From: Camelus ferus
Lineage: Eukaryota
Length of the DNA: 64,000 nt
Assembly (NCBI RefSeq): GCF_009834535.1
Contig: NC_045696.1
Span: forward strand, 35,466,001 to 35,530,000
Direction of reading: 5' to 3'
Shown one piece after another: positions 50,963 through 64,000 of the stretch (position 1 is the stretch's first letter; each line of letters opens with the position of its first letter). The position numbers were made by a program, and so were the translations under genes. The notes under the pieces were generated by a model, which did not search any database, was not told the DNA's origin, and was given only the letters and a program-made list of their open reading frames with translations.

Positions 50963-52416
50963 CCTCATGTTCATGGAAGACTGTTGCTTAATTGAAGCCA
51001 GCTTAGTTCCCACCTAGCTAAATTTGAGTTTATCATCTTCATATTATCAGGACTTGAAAAGTTTTGTTTCATATTCTAGATATGTCAATATTGAATTGAG
51101 GATTTAAATTCAATTGTAGGACAACATATAAGTCAATGAACTTCAGTTACTTCTATAGATTTTAACTGAAACTCTCAATATTTATATGTAAAAATTTATA
51201 AAGGACCTCTTAATTTTCTTCCAATCCTAAGGCTGTACCTTTTCTTGAGCAATTAGCATATTCAATATCATGGATGATTTAAATATTTTCTTTATGTTTC
51301 TTCACACTTTAGATTTCTTTATGGGTAACATTTTTTATATTACCCTTTGATCTATGATTGTTCTCATATTACTGTTCTCATTGGCTATGAACATTTGGTT
51401 TTATTAAAAGGTATATCTTTAAAAGTAAATTAGCTCAAAAATAAGACTAGACCAGAAGAAAATTTAACAATGAAAAATATTAGTTATTCGCCAAGTACAA
51501 AATCACATTCTCAAAATCCATTTTAATGTGTTCTAATACATTTTTCTTTAGAAGCAGATTCACTTATCCAACCTTGAAAGGGCTAAGACCTTTGGGAGGT
51601 GATGACCTTTAAAAAAGATTTAAAATAGCATTTCACTTAAAAAAAGTGAAATTGTCTAATGTCTCCTACCATTTCTTCTTATCTTCTGCCTGGGTGTGTA
51701 TTTTCTCAGAGAGCATAAGAAAATTTGCAGAGTGTAAGGAAACTGGATGAACAGAAATCAGACTTTTTAAGGCAGAGATAGAAATGAAATGGAATAAAAC
51801 ATGTAACAAAAGATGAGTAGTAACTAAACAAAATAGCATGTAAAGTAAGCTTATTTTGCCAAACATTATATTATTAGAAGTTATAGTAGATGATGATAAG
51901 ACCTTTAAAAAATTTAAGATGGTGAGCATCCTTGTAATTTTCTTTGTAACTACATTAAAAAAAGATGTCGGTATACTTGAATTGGAAGTGAATAACGGTT
52001 GACTCAAAGCATATCATTAATTATCTTTGGCTGTTTTACACTGTGGCTAAGTCAGATGTTACTCTCTCAGACAGAGGAGGATTGATTTATTCAGTCTGGA
52101 ATCCTATTCTCATTTTAAAAAGAAAGGCTTCGGTACCACTGATTGACACAAGTCACAACCCTGCTGTTCTCCCTGGAAGCCGGAAACAGAATAGCAAAGA
52201 AAGGATGTTTCTAAATGAGCATTTAAAGTCTGCCATGTTGGAAGAAGGCTTATTAAAAAGAAAGCCTTGGCAAGAAGATATTGCTGTTTAAAGATCTAAG
52301 TTTTCAAAAATAACTTTATGAAGGTTGTCCTTGTATGCCCAAACAACAGCAAATCAATCATTGGTTTATTTCTATTTGAACTCTGACTTACTTTTTAAAC
52401 TTTTAAAAAAGCTGCC

Positions 52417-52483
52417 AAACAAAACAAAAACAAAACAAAAACAAAAACAAAAACAAAAACAAAAACAAAAACAAAGAAAAAAA
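52417..52483. repeat. (AAAAAC)n/(AAAAC)n microsatellite
   Basis: aaacaaaacaaaaacaaaacaaaaacaaaaacaaaaacaaaaac... Confidence 0.95.
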
Positions 52484-53939
52484 CCCCACTAAAACCTGAG
52501 ACTAAATGGGGACCAAGTAAGGACTTAAAATTTTAGACAAAATGCTAAAGGTTTCTGAGATGATCCTAAGCTTAAGTTTGAGAAAAGAAAAACAATAAAC
52601 AGATATGACAATATTTCGTTTTAAAACAAGTATGTTTTGTTAGTAATTTTAACTGGTTCGAAGCCCTCTCTGTTGCTGGTCTCATTTCTTGTTGGCCTTC
52701 AATAAAGTTCCTGCCAGATGTTTACAATGATGGAAAAAGATATGCGAAGTTCCTAATAGCTAGGATGTGCTTTCTGATGTAGGTTAAGAAAAATTATGAA
52801 CTTAATTATTTGTGGTAGGCTAATATAATTTTATCCATTTGCCAATGGATGCATGAAACAACTCCCTTGCTGTAGGCCACACAAGTCACCAGCATGGAGG
52901 AGTGTTTGAGAGGAATTAAAATTCACAACTTCTGACACCTAGTCCACTAGGCCACACCAATTTCAAACTGACCCCCATAGATCAACTTTCTTCTTTCTGA
53001 AAACACGTGTTTCCTAATGCTATTGCTGCTGAAAGATATGTCTGTTCATGTGGCTAATCTTCATTGCTTAGAAACAAATAATAAGAAAGGATCACTCATC
53101 TTCCAGTTCACTGCATTCTCAAAAATTTAAAGGGGATACCTCGAGTTTAAAAAAAAAAAACAATTTGATTTTCCCTTTAAAAAAAAAATCTAAATTTATA
53201 ATCTATCTGGTTTTTCATTTTTCTGTTTTTATTATTTTGGGGACAGCAAAATTTTATTACATAATCAATGTGTTTGAAAGTGAGGAAATTGAATGTATTT
53301 TCAGGATGGTAGACAATTAGACTATTATAAATTATATTGATGACACATTAAAAGAGAGAGCCTAACTGCTGATTTTTCAAGAAAAAAATTCTCATCTATA
53401 ACTTTAGCACTTTAGCAAGAGCAGTAAATCAGCTGAGACTGAAAATTTACAATGTTCTCTGAGGAAGGTGAAATTTATTATTAGCTTTTATATACTCCAT
53501 TATTTTCCCAAAGTGCTATAAAATATTTTACAAGTTATTCTTTTCAGCCTTCCTGTGTTGTGGTGAATGATATAATTTTTCTTATTTACAAGTTAGAAAA
53601 AAAAAAGCCAACCTGAAGGCAAAGGAAGGTTCTGTATCTTATACAAGGTCACAGGATAAACCTGTGAGCATTTGTAAGAATTGAAAAAATTACACAGTTT
53701 TATGACAAGACTCTCCTTTCCTACTCTTTTAAACATCACAGTCTAATTCAAATATTACTTTTGTAACTCTACTGCCCAGTGATAAGATCTTTGATATAAT
53801 TAGTGTTCATCGTGTGCCACATGCAGTTATATGTGATGACTTATTTTATCTTCAAAACAATCCTACTTGGAAAATCTATTTCATACATTTTACAGAATGA
53901 ATTTAAATGGCATTCCTGCACTCAAGAAGGTGCACAGAG

Positions 53940-54116
53940 CTGTGGTTCTCAAAGTGTGAAGCGCAGAGCCACAGCAGCATCACTGGGGGAGGATTTAGAC
54001 ATGCAGATCCTGGGTCCCACCTCAGCCCGGCTGAGTTAGGAACTCAGAGAACAGGGCCCAGCCATGTGTGTTTCACAGGTGATTTTGATGCAGGCTGTGT
54101 GGTCTGAGAATCACTG
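53940..54116 (+). mobile_element. MER5A (hAT-Charlie)
   Basis: ctgtggttctcaaagtgtg...cagcagcatcactggg...atgcagatcctgggtcccacctcag...caggtgattttgatgca...tgagaatcactg; TSD GCACAGAG/GTGCAGAA. Confidence 0.9.
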
Positions 54117-54470
54117 GTGCAGAACATAGATTCTAGAGGGAGACTACCTGACTCTGAGTGACGAGATTTTCAATTACGAGCTGTGTGACTGGTCTTTCAG
54201 GCCTGAGTTGGGTTATCTTTAGAATGTGAGTGATAATAATAGTACCTCTTTGACAAGATTGTCAAAAGCACTAAAAGTGTATTTATAGTAGACCTCAGGC
54301 AACTAGTTGTTCTTCTGTGAATACCAAATTCAAAACTTAATTTTAGTATCCGTGGGATCAGAAAATTATTATATGAGGATCTATTAATATTATACATTAA
54401 AGCGTTCTTCATGATGTCTGACAGCAAATGGTTAGTGACCGAGATCTCATATTATTATTGTTACTGCTGT
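54117..54470 (+). mobile_element. MIR-derived sequence downstream of MER5A
   Basis: agaacatagattctagaggggagactacctg...gagctgtgtgactgg...gataataatagtacctc. Confidence 0.65.
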
Positions 54471-56554
54471 TAGTAGTACCGGCAGTAATCATTATCATTG
54501 CCAGGCATTATTTGACTTGTAGAAGACTGGTTTTATTGGTTTACCTTTGACCGTAAGCTCAGGAATCCTCTCCACCCTCCTTTTGCCACGATTTCTGACC
54601 ACTGCCTTCTTGTCTGTGCCTGTCTGTCTTTGGCCAGCTGTTGGTCCACCTGTGCTTTACAACTAACAAGAGGTAGCCACGAGGACAGCTTCTCCTGCCT
54701 ACAGCAGCCTGACGCTCACTTCTGTCTTATTTTTGTAAGAAGAGATGCAGTAGTTGAGTTGTGCAGCTCGAGGATGAATTCAGTCCACATACCCATTGTA
54801 CATATGTGTCCACTCTTACTCAGTACCTTCCTTTTAGTTGAATTCAAGAAAAGTTATACTTAAGGACATACATGTTATCAAATTATGTCTATGCCTCATG
54901 GCTATACCTTTTTGAATAAGTTCAATGTCAACTTTCAAATATTATTTGCTACAAAATTTCCCTTATACATTATTTTTCTCTTTTCCTGTTTCTGATAAAA
55001 AATTGTGCTTTGATTAAAAACAAATTAGCAAACAAAAAACTGTACTTCTTCACCAGAATATTTCCCAATTTACAACAATAATGCTTTTAAAAAAATTAAC
55101 CAAGTAGGGAAATTTATATTGCCTTCCCTTCTACATATTTGTAACTTTCATGTATACAAAATATAGAGTATTCCCACTGTGTACTGTTTCCTGTTAATAT
55201 TATTATAGTCTCTGCTTCAGGATTGAGATAAAAATTCTTTACTCATATTCTCCAAGGAACATTAAGCCCAATAATAGTGAGGAAAGGACTTTTAATTTAT
55301 TATATCATCTTTTGTATCTCCTGAAAGTCATAAGTTAAGAAAAACAAAACAACTTAGAAATAGCAATCTTGCATAGTGTTTTTAAACACTCCAAAGTAAG
55401 GTTATTTTTCTGCGGCATATAATAAAGTTGGATATATTTCTGATTAGTGTTCATGATACACTTTAAATATTTTTTTTAACAGCTGAAAGTCCATAAGGTT
55501 AGATTTCACATGGGAAGTCAAGAGACTTGCATGAGTTTGACCTTCTCTGGTCTTCAGTATCCTTGGACATCATCTTCAAGATGCTTAGATTTCTGGGTTT
55601 ACGTCCAAGGAAGAGAAGGAGGAGGAAGAGAAATAAGACGGAAGAAAGAAGAAATGATCAGAAATATAAGGAAAGAAAATGCTATCAAATGAGTCAATTT
55701 ACATTTACTATTGTATCAGTTACATTACCAATTCTTGGCTACTATCTTTAAAAATAAAAAGTTTTTTAAACAATAATTTTTGCTTAAAATTTAAATTGAA
55801 AAATTCCTTTAGTCGTAGTTTAGTTATATGCCACACATCTGTGGTTAAATTGACAGATTGTGTAAAAATTGTATCAGCACTTAAACTAAAACTCTATCTC
55901 TTACAAATAATACAGTGTCTTTGAACTTTGCTTTCCTGCAAGTGTCAAGGAATTTTAATCCATTAATTCTTGTTAGAAAATGGAAATAAGTCATGTGCTA
56001 TACCAGATTTTTGTTCGCAGTAAGACAGTGATGTTAAGTAGAATCATATTTCCCATTTTTCTAGCTGTGTGAAAGAATTTCTTGTTAAATACCTTAAAGT
56101 CATTCCTTTTTAGTACAGTATTGACTTTTTTACCTGATTCATATTTATATTTACTTCTTTCCTCTTTGTCCACATTCATATTCATAGTCTATCATGTTTA
56201 AAAGTAATCTTGTAACCCATAAAAACGTTGGAATACTATTAGGAGAATGAGAGGTATTATTTTTCACAACTTGGTAATATAAAGAGGTTTTAAAATAAAT
56301 ATGTAAATTTGGGAGATATTTTATGGACTTAGTGTTCTCTGACAGTCAATATAAAAGACTTAAAAACCACATGTCTCTGGCTTGAAGTAAATTCTGGCTT
56401 TATTATTTATTATACAATTATAATTTTCATCAGTTGGTTGTGTATCCACTAATGGAAGAGAATGTTTTCCTTATCTAAGCAAGTAGTTTATTATGTCAGA
56501 ATACATCTATTATCATTGGAAGATAAATTTTCAACTTATTGAAGTAATTTCTGC

Positions 56555-56745
56555 AAGTGTGGTGAGCCAAGAGATTTGATTTCTTATTCCAGCTCCTTTA
56601 GCACCACCCATGTTCTCTTAAAGATGTCACTTTATCTCTCTAAGCCTCACTTTACTTATGTGTTAATTGAAATATAAATGTTTATAAATACCTAACATGG
56701 AGATACAAATGAGATGAAGTAATAAAGGAGCTTTGAAAGTCTATA
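56555..56745 (+). mobile_element. MIR SINE
   Basis: ttcttattccagctcc...gtcactttatctctctaagcctcactttacttatgtgttaattga...aaatgagatgaagtaataaaggagctttgaaa. Confidence 0.65.
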
Positions 56746-57007
56746 AGAATGCAGTTTTCTCTTTACTATCCATTTCTGCATGCATCCTATTTATTTTATT
56801 TCTTTCGTTGCTCATACCTTAGATAAAATCTTATATTGATAGAAAAGTAGCCAACTTCTTTCTATTTGCCCATTTCCTTCAGCCTTATTTGTAAAATCTA
56901 ACTTAGAAGAGAGTTTTCAGTAAATATAATCTATGTGAATGAATGTTTTTTAAGTGGAAAATGGAGTGGCAAAAAATATGAGTGAAAATACTCAGTTGTA
57001 GCACACA

Positions 57008-57601
57008 TAATTGATTCTCATTCCTCTTGGTAGTCATGTTCTATAAATATGAATACAAGTATACCTTGCTGTGAGCATCTGGTCACATTTTCATCTGTCG
57101 ATCAATACATAAACCTTGTTTTATGGTACCTTATTTAATATATATTGTTGATTCATTAATGTTAAACTCAGGGCCAACAGCGCTGTAACTTATGTCTGAA
57201 GGAAGATTTTCTAAGTCATGTATTTTCTTTGTAAGACACATCACAGCCTTATTGAATTTAGAACACTAGACAGCACTTCAGCACTATGCCCTGAGGCCAT
57301 TTTAAATAGTGAACTCACCGACATAAAGCATAAAAATGTGAAAAAAAAAAAGGTGACAGTACGTAGACCACAAAAAGGATATTTGTCTACACTATGAGAT
57401 CTGAAACGGGAAGTCAGAATTCTGTCTTGTTTGACCTCAGCTAGGAATATATATGTCGGTCAGCAATGTTTTTTTGCCACTCTCTGCATGTCCTCAGATG
57501 ACCAGGAAATAGCCACAGGTATTGACTTTGGAGTCACCAGTAAATTTTAGTGTGTAGGTGAATCCACAAATATGAAATCCACAAGTAATGAGGATCAATT
57601 T
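57008..57601 (-). mobile_element. MER82 (TcMar-Tigger)
   Basis: acactagacagcacttcagcactatg; ttgttgattcattaatgttaaactc; ttgtttgacctcagctaggaa; degenerate TIRs taattgattctcatt / gtaatgaggatcaattt. Confidence 0.9.
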
Positions 57602-58384
57602 TACTTGTTATTTCCTATTTACATACCATTCTCTCATTTTGTCCAAGCCTCAAAATAGTTGTTTTTCCCCTTTTTAGTGTGTTTTAATTTTTTTCTATCT
57701 TTTAAAACTGTAAGAAAATGAATCATTCCATCCCTGACTGTTTAGTACTCAGTATTTTGTTTTATTTTTGTATTCTTTAGTTCTTTATGAATACTACAGA
57801 TACTCAGATGCTAGCTAATTGAAGTAAGTAATTTCTAGGCAACATGCAAGTATATTTAGAGAGTAGAAGCATTAAAGCAAGTCATTTAAGTGAAATCATC
57901 AGACTTTTTGTTTAATGATGTGTATTAAATTCTAACATCTTCTAATGAGAAAGGACTAATATACTAATCTGAATGCCATGGATTTCCGTGAATTAATAGA
58001 GGACAGAGAAACATGACCCTGAGAGATATCACTTGTGTCATAATTAAAATGATTTATCTAGAGGTAAAAATCAATACCTTTGATAGAGCCATCATTTTGA
58101 TATAGTGAATTGAATGTGTGCCTTGTGCCCCTTTGTGTCATAGTTTTCTGCACTTTTGAAGACTGAACAGTGATTTTGGATGGTAACCAGGGAGGAGGGG
58201 ATAAGGTAGCTTAACCAAGAAAATTTAAGAACTGAAGCCAGTAACCACACGTAATTCTCACCAAGCCACTCCTCCCACTGCAAACGTTAAATGAGAGGAT
58301 TGCCATCTTTCCTGTCCATGTGTATCAATCAGATTTCATGCTCCCATTTCACTAGGTTGATATGTATGTCATATACAGCACATT

Positions 58385-58560
58385 TATATTTTTCTCGAAT
58401 TCTAACATTCTGTTCAGTAGGCATTAATAATTCCCAAATTTTACCAATGATGAAACTAAAGCTTAGAGTGGTTGCAACTTGGTCAAATCAAAAAGCTAGT
58501 AATTTAGTTTAAATTGAAGTTCCAAGTCAGAGAGACTTGTCCATAATTTTTCCACTACAT
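58385..58560 (-). mobile_element. MIR SINE
   Basis: gtaggcattaataattcccaaattttaccaatgatgaaactaaagcttagagtggttgcaacttggtcaaatca. Confidence 0.75.
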
Positions 58561-59189
58561 TTAGTTTTATATATATCAAACCAAAATTCCTCCTGTTGCG
58601 TATGCTATGGACAGTCGTTGGAGGAGTGATGCCAATTCTACACAGCATTTTCCTGGAGATTCGTGTTCCTCAAAAATCACTGACACTCCTGAAATCAAGA
58701 AGCCATGACAGAAGTAAGAAAAATCCACCAGAACTGTGATGTTTCTAAGACACAACATCTTCATGATAGAGAAAAGTGAATTTCCCTCTACAACTCTATA
58801 CTCCCTAAATCTTCACAGCATGTAGCTAGGAAAATGTGCGTTTGTAGTCATACTAATAAAATTCTTAACTGTGAATGTACCAAGACTTCATTTGTAAAGA
58901 GTGAGAATTAAGATACTTATCTCTCTTGGATGCTAAAAGGTTCAAATAAGAGATATCAGTGAAAATGGCTTTCAAAACGCACCTGATTCATTTACAAATA
59001 TGCTCACTCCTATCCGATTCCTCCTCCAACCTTGAAATTTCTCAGTCATATATTAAAATGCTTTGATCTTTTCCACAATTGATAGCTGACAGGATATAGT
59101 ATATAGTTGGCGCAGTTTTATGTAGAGCTCTTTATATTTGGCGTAAGTATTCTAATTCTGTATCATAGGAAAAAACCTTAGTTTCTTTT

Positions 59190-59490
59190 ATTCATTAAGT
59201 ATATATGTGTTGAGGGTATATAAAAAGCAATGCCTTTGCTGAGAGCTAGTCCTAGAATAATGAAGCAAAATATCTTCCTTCAGTAAAAGGGAATACAATG
59301 CAGTTCAATAGGATACATCTTCTGCATAATCAGGAGATATACTTGATCAAGGATTGCAGAAGATGAGATCTGAACTGGACCCCATGGAACGAGTAGCAGT
59401 CAGCAAGCACAGACCTGGGGAGAAAAGGCAGGGGGGAAATTTCTCAAAGAGGCCTCAAGGCAAGAGTGCACACTTAGGAAATCAGAAAAA
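59190..59490 (-). mobile_element. L2 3' fragment
   Basis: ttcattaagtatatatgtgttgaggg...gatgagatctgaactggacccc...ggcaagagtgcacacttaggaa. Confidence 0.5.
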
Positions 59491-61688
59491 TGGCAGCGCC
59501 TGCATTTTAAAAATAGATGCTCTAAATGATAGGCATCGTCTATAAATGCCCATGTTCTTAAATTGCATGTAGGTAATTCCTACTTCAGAACATACTCTCA
59601 TTGATTTATCAGAGTCACAGAATGTCATCCATAAAGACATGTCAGCCTTCTAAAGAATAAATGATAGTATGAAATGGCTCATAACACCTTCCCTTAATCC
59701 CTTCCTTCTGAGATAGGATGTCTTTAGAGTAGCACACTCTGCAGAGTAAGGATGCCTCTGCCCAGGTGCTTAAATTATTGATTGAACCTGTCACTAGCAA
59801 ATTCTTTAAACTGGATACATTTTGATTGAGTAGGAAGGAATGTTTAAACGGATACCTGACTGTGAAGAGAATGGTTTCGCAAATTTCTCCACAGTGCTCC
59901 TAATTAAAGTTCTGATAATACAGTATTGTGAGATAACTTGTTCTCTTCTATTTTTAATATGGCGATTTAAAATGTGCATATAAATTAAAAACACAGGCTT
60001 CAAAAGCAGCCGAGATTGATAACAGTTCTTCCCTTACCTCTTAGATGTTATTTGGGGAAGAAAATATGAAATAGGTTTGATTGAGAGAGAAAATTTTACC
60101 AGGCTTTCTATATTCAGGAGGAAGATTTATGATTCTAATCTGAATAGCCCTCTCAGGAAGTCTAAGTTCCCACAGAACACAGGAAATGATGTATTTTTCT
60201 GTTGCACTAAAGAACACATTATGTATTAAAGAGGATATCTGAAAGTCAGTCTGTTTTGAAGCTATCCAGCTGCAGTATTAAATAGACCATAGCAACTTTT
60301 GTAATTTTCAAAGTGATGTTAAGGATCAATATAACAGTTTTTAATGAGTAGATCCCTTTTAAGATGTCATCTTATAAAACTCATGATTAATTGTATAGAT
60401 AGTCATATGAAATAACATTGTCTATCCCATCCCCCCAAAAAACAAGCTAGATGCATACAAAGCAATGAAAATATCGGAGGCCATGCCATCTCTCTGCTAC
60501 TCTACTGTCAGTTTTCATGTCTTGAGAATATCAGAGCATACATTTTCTGTGAAAACTGCCTTTTTTCCTCCAGTTGGCTCTCTTGTCTTAATACAAATGA
60601 TAATGATGATGATGATGTGGAATTACTGCATGCACATATAATGAAGCAAGGACATCTAAAATCCAACTATGATGTAACTGTATACAAAGTCCTTTAAGCT
60701 TTTGAATATATTTTAGTCAACAATACAGTAGATATTTCATGCATTGAAAATACTTTGTTATACCGTCATACTAGATGACTAGAATTGATACTTGAGAAAT
60801 TTAAAATCTGAATTGTCATGAAAATCTAAAGAATAAAACAAAAATAAATCTGCACCACAAAACCTTAGTTGAGAACTAGTTGGCAGTGGTAGAGCTGTTC
60901 TAGGCCACTGAAAACATGATGCTTTTAAACAAAGTATTTTTACTTAGGCATTTCAAGACATGTTACTATAGGAATAGCACACCCTAGAGAGCTTTTGTTT
61001 CATAGGTTTATGGTTCAAACTCTAAACCACCCATTTTAATGGGAAAAATGATTCCAGTATATTCTGTTTGTTGTCATAATGTGATGCCCTAGTGTTTTGT
61101 TGTTCTTTCTCCAAAGATTCCCTCAGACTTTGTCAGGGAATATTCATGTTCCCATTTATGTAAATCCCCTCTGTACTAGCTAATGCAGTTTAAGTCATTT
61201 ATTCTTTTTTCTTTTAAAAAATCTTTTACACAATGATTCTCTATCAGACTCTCCCTGGATGGTGAATATGGTTTCAATGGGGTGTTTAACAGTCTTCTCA
61301 CACCAGAATCAGGAGATTGACTGTAGCTGCCTTTCCAAGGAAGGTTCATGATGTTGGTCTAAAATATATTTTATTTTTTGACAAAGATCTTTGCTTTTAC
61401 AAGCTTTACGAGGGGTTTATACTTTTTACAAGATGCCTTTCTCAAACATGTATAATTCCCCAGCAGTCTTTTAAAATAGAGTCAAAACACTTTTCTTTTG
61501 GAGGAGTTTTACCCCAAAGGCTAGTATGTTAAACATATTTCCTGCTTGACTTTTCATTTTAAAAGATTTATTCTTAATCCCAGGCATATTGGGACAGTAT
61601 TCAGACAGGGTATCAAGTTTGCTCGGCCTCAGTGGCATACTGGCAGCCTGCTTCTTTCTTGCCACAAGAGTAGCTGGAAGCAGGTCTC

Positions 61689-61707
61689 TGCCCTGTAGGT
61701 GGCTGGA
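61689..61707 (+). promoter_or_regulatory. Weaker candidate CTCF motif
   Basis: TGCCCTGTAGGTGGCTGGA; core CCTGTAGGTGGC. Confidence 0.35.
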
Positions 61708-63385
61708 GCCTGAGAAGCTTGGCTTTACCAGGTGGGAAATCAACCTGTCAGGAAGAGTCCTGGAAAGATGATTAGTTTACTAACTTCATTCAGTGAAAAC
61801 GTTTGCAACATGGTGTTCCCTCTGCTCTCGGGTCTGCCATCACTGAACAATCCAGGGTTTCATGGGCTGAGTGGAATCCCATGTGCACACCCAGCAGGAG
61901 GGACATTCCAAGCTTGTGGGCTTCCTCTGCCTTGTGATCTTGTGGACTTCACATGCAGAGCCTTATTTTTTGTGACTCCTTCTTCCCTCCCTTTCTTGAT
62001 AACCCACAACCACGGGTGCACAAATCAGGAATAAAGTGAAAGAGAGACTGCTTTACTCTTTCCCGAGCTTGATAAATCTTATTAAAGATTTGTGTGTATA
62101 AGTTATCGGCTTCTTGGGCAGAGCATTTCTCATGACCAGGCTCACTGCCTGGGAGGTTTGCCTTAATTTCCCAAAAGAAACGCTCTAAAATGAGTGCAAA
62201 TTAACTTTTAAAAACTAGATAGATTTCATTACTCTAAGTGCCTCGTGCTGGGGGAGGGGTGAGGCTGAGCTCATGTTCAAGTGTGTTGAGAACTGTATCC
62301 TTCACTTGAGGATTTAAATATGCATCTGACTTGCTTGGTGGTAGTTCAAACTGTGGAAAATTTGAACCAAATGTATATATGGTGGGGTTTTTCCCTTAGA
62401 TTTTTAAATAGCAGACTAAGTATCATTTAAATTCCAGGACTAGTCTTTTATTTTAAATGTAAAATTGTTTTTGCAAGTAAATGGCTATGTCAAAGGAACT
62501 ACATTGTTTTCTAAACGATTATTTTTTATTAGTTGTGCACATATCTACAAAGTCTGAGTCAGGTAGGAAGCAATATGTTCTCTTGTCCTCAGTAAAGAGT
62601 TTTAAAGAAAGACGTTGTTTCTTATTAATGAAATTTACACATTCTGTTTACCGTTCTAGAAAGAGTTAGAGAAAAGGTCAGTAACAAGCAGCTGTTCTAT
62701 ACTTTAATATTTATAGTTATTGAATAAGTTATATTCATATACCTCATGCTGTCTATGGCTAATTCATTTTCATACTTTCTTTTATTTTTTATAGCTGTCT
62801 TTCAATAATTGGCTTAGACATGCATTTAATACCTGTTCAGAATAAATGGTATCAAAATTTCAAGGAAACTACTCAGTTTGTTTAAAATTCAATGAAGTGC
62901 ACTACTAAGTAAGCTGATGTAAGACTTTGCTAATTGGCATTTTTTTTCTTTTTTTTTTAACAACTGAGTTTTCCTTAATAAGGCTATGTGTCACAATCAT
63001 GGACCCTATAATACCTATTTGGTACGATTCTAAAATAAGTGTAGGGCAACTGTGTTATATATTTGACTACTAATTTGTCTTCTTGTTAATTGTTGATCAC
63101 AGTCCTTTTTGCTAAGTAGCCAATGATAATAAAAAAAAAATTATAGTATCTGAGCCCTCAGTATCATTATGTACGTCATTGGGAAAAGTCACTCTAGACT
63201 AAATATGGTAGGAAGAGAGATATTTACTTTAGTAAGAAGAAATGATCTTCATTAACTTGTTAAAACATAGTATCTGACAAAGTTCTGTTATCAGCCTAAT
63301 ATTTGAATCATCTCCTATTCATTCCACTTATAAACTCAGAAAAAATTTATAAAACTACCAGCTACAGTGCCTCAGCATTCCTTGT

Positions 63386-63417
63386 CGTGTGAGTGTGTGT
63401 GTGTTTGTGTGTGTGTG
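63386..63417. repeat. (TG)n microsatellite
   Basis: cgtgtgagtgtgtgtgtgtttgtgtgtgtgtg. Confidence 0.9.
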
Positions 63418-64000
63418 AAAGGAAGCACGGGATAAAAAATTGTATCAAAACAGCTAGATATAGAATCGATGTAATGGTATTTACTTCCTGAAACTGTGAA
63501 TGGGTTTATTTAGTAATGCTCATATTTTGTAATGACTTTTGAATACTATTTCATTGAAAATACTGATGTTTCAGGTAGGAGGCCAGCTGGACTTTTAAAC
63601 AGGACTAAAGGGATAAGTGGTTATAGACAGTCTGTCCACAATCCTGTGGTTCTGTTACAGAGACAGCATCTCAGAGTTAACAGTAATCAATGAAAAGGCC
63701 CCAGAGGATTGAAAAGAAAACCGGGGCTGGAGTTGGGAAAGGGGTGGGGTTATTACCATGTCTCCTCTCTGTTGTACAGCCTGTACAAATCAGAGCACTT
63801 GAGCAGTGACAAGTGATGTTTCTATTCTCATGGATCATTACTGAGTGAACTATTCGGAAGGGGATGACTGCTTTCAGAGAGTCAAGCACGGTATAATTGG
63901 GTTTCAGTTGAACTAAGCAACACATCAATATGGTTATAAGATATGGCTTTGGTACATGAAGGCATCTGCATTGTATTTATGCGTGTACACAGCTATTAAA

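Larger units (their letters stand above)
1334..64000 (+). other. EPHA3: EPHA3 intron 3 (5' part; continues beyond the window)
   Basis: GTAAGA donor at 1334. No sequence encoding the next expected EPHA3 residues (ACRPGFYKA...) appears in the ORF track or by eye; repeat-rich non-coding composition. Confidence 0.88.

Noticed and set aside
51630..51652. 9-bp hairpin ATTTCACTT-aaaaa-AAGTGAAAT (similar short stems at 8585-8611 and 54249-54266)
   Set aside because: Expected by chance in 64 kb of AT-rich DNA
1..64000. CRISPR arrays, rRNA, tRNA, snoRNA/snRNA genes, processed pseudogenes or prokaryotic systems
   Set aside because: None recognised; the sequence is a mammalian intron. Infernal/Rfam and tBLASTn would be needed to exclude very diverged copies.

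Overview
Mammalian nuclear DNA, AT-rich, lying entirely inside the EPHA3 receptor tyrosine kinase gene on the + strand. It contains the end of intron 2, coding exon 3 (673-1333, 661 nt: ephrin ligand-binding domain plus the start of the Cys-rich region) and about 62.7 kb of the very long intron 3; exon 4 is not reached. The intron is mostly ancient mammal-wide repeats (MIR, L2, L1M, MLT1/MLT2, hAT-Charlie and Tigger MERs, an RTE-type LINE remnant), one younger ERV1-type solo LTR, one younger L1 fragment and microsatellites. I saw no Alu, B1/B2, CAN, Bov/CHR, PRE or ERE SINEs, and the young L1 resembles camelid L1 from recall, so a camelid host is my tentative guess. I see no demonstrably new biological system. 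The best leads are modest and need testing: a short read-through/intronic-polyadenylation isoform after exon 3, a textbook-looking recursive splice site at 13623/13624, a strong CTCF motif abutting a perfect hairpin at 34437-34493, and an ancient RTE-type LINE remnant carrying duplicated STAT/ETS-type motifs at about 46.2-46.6 kb. Repeat names come from my memory of consensus sequences and repeat boundaries are approximate unless termini or TSDs are quoted.
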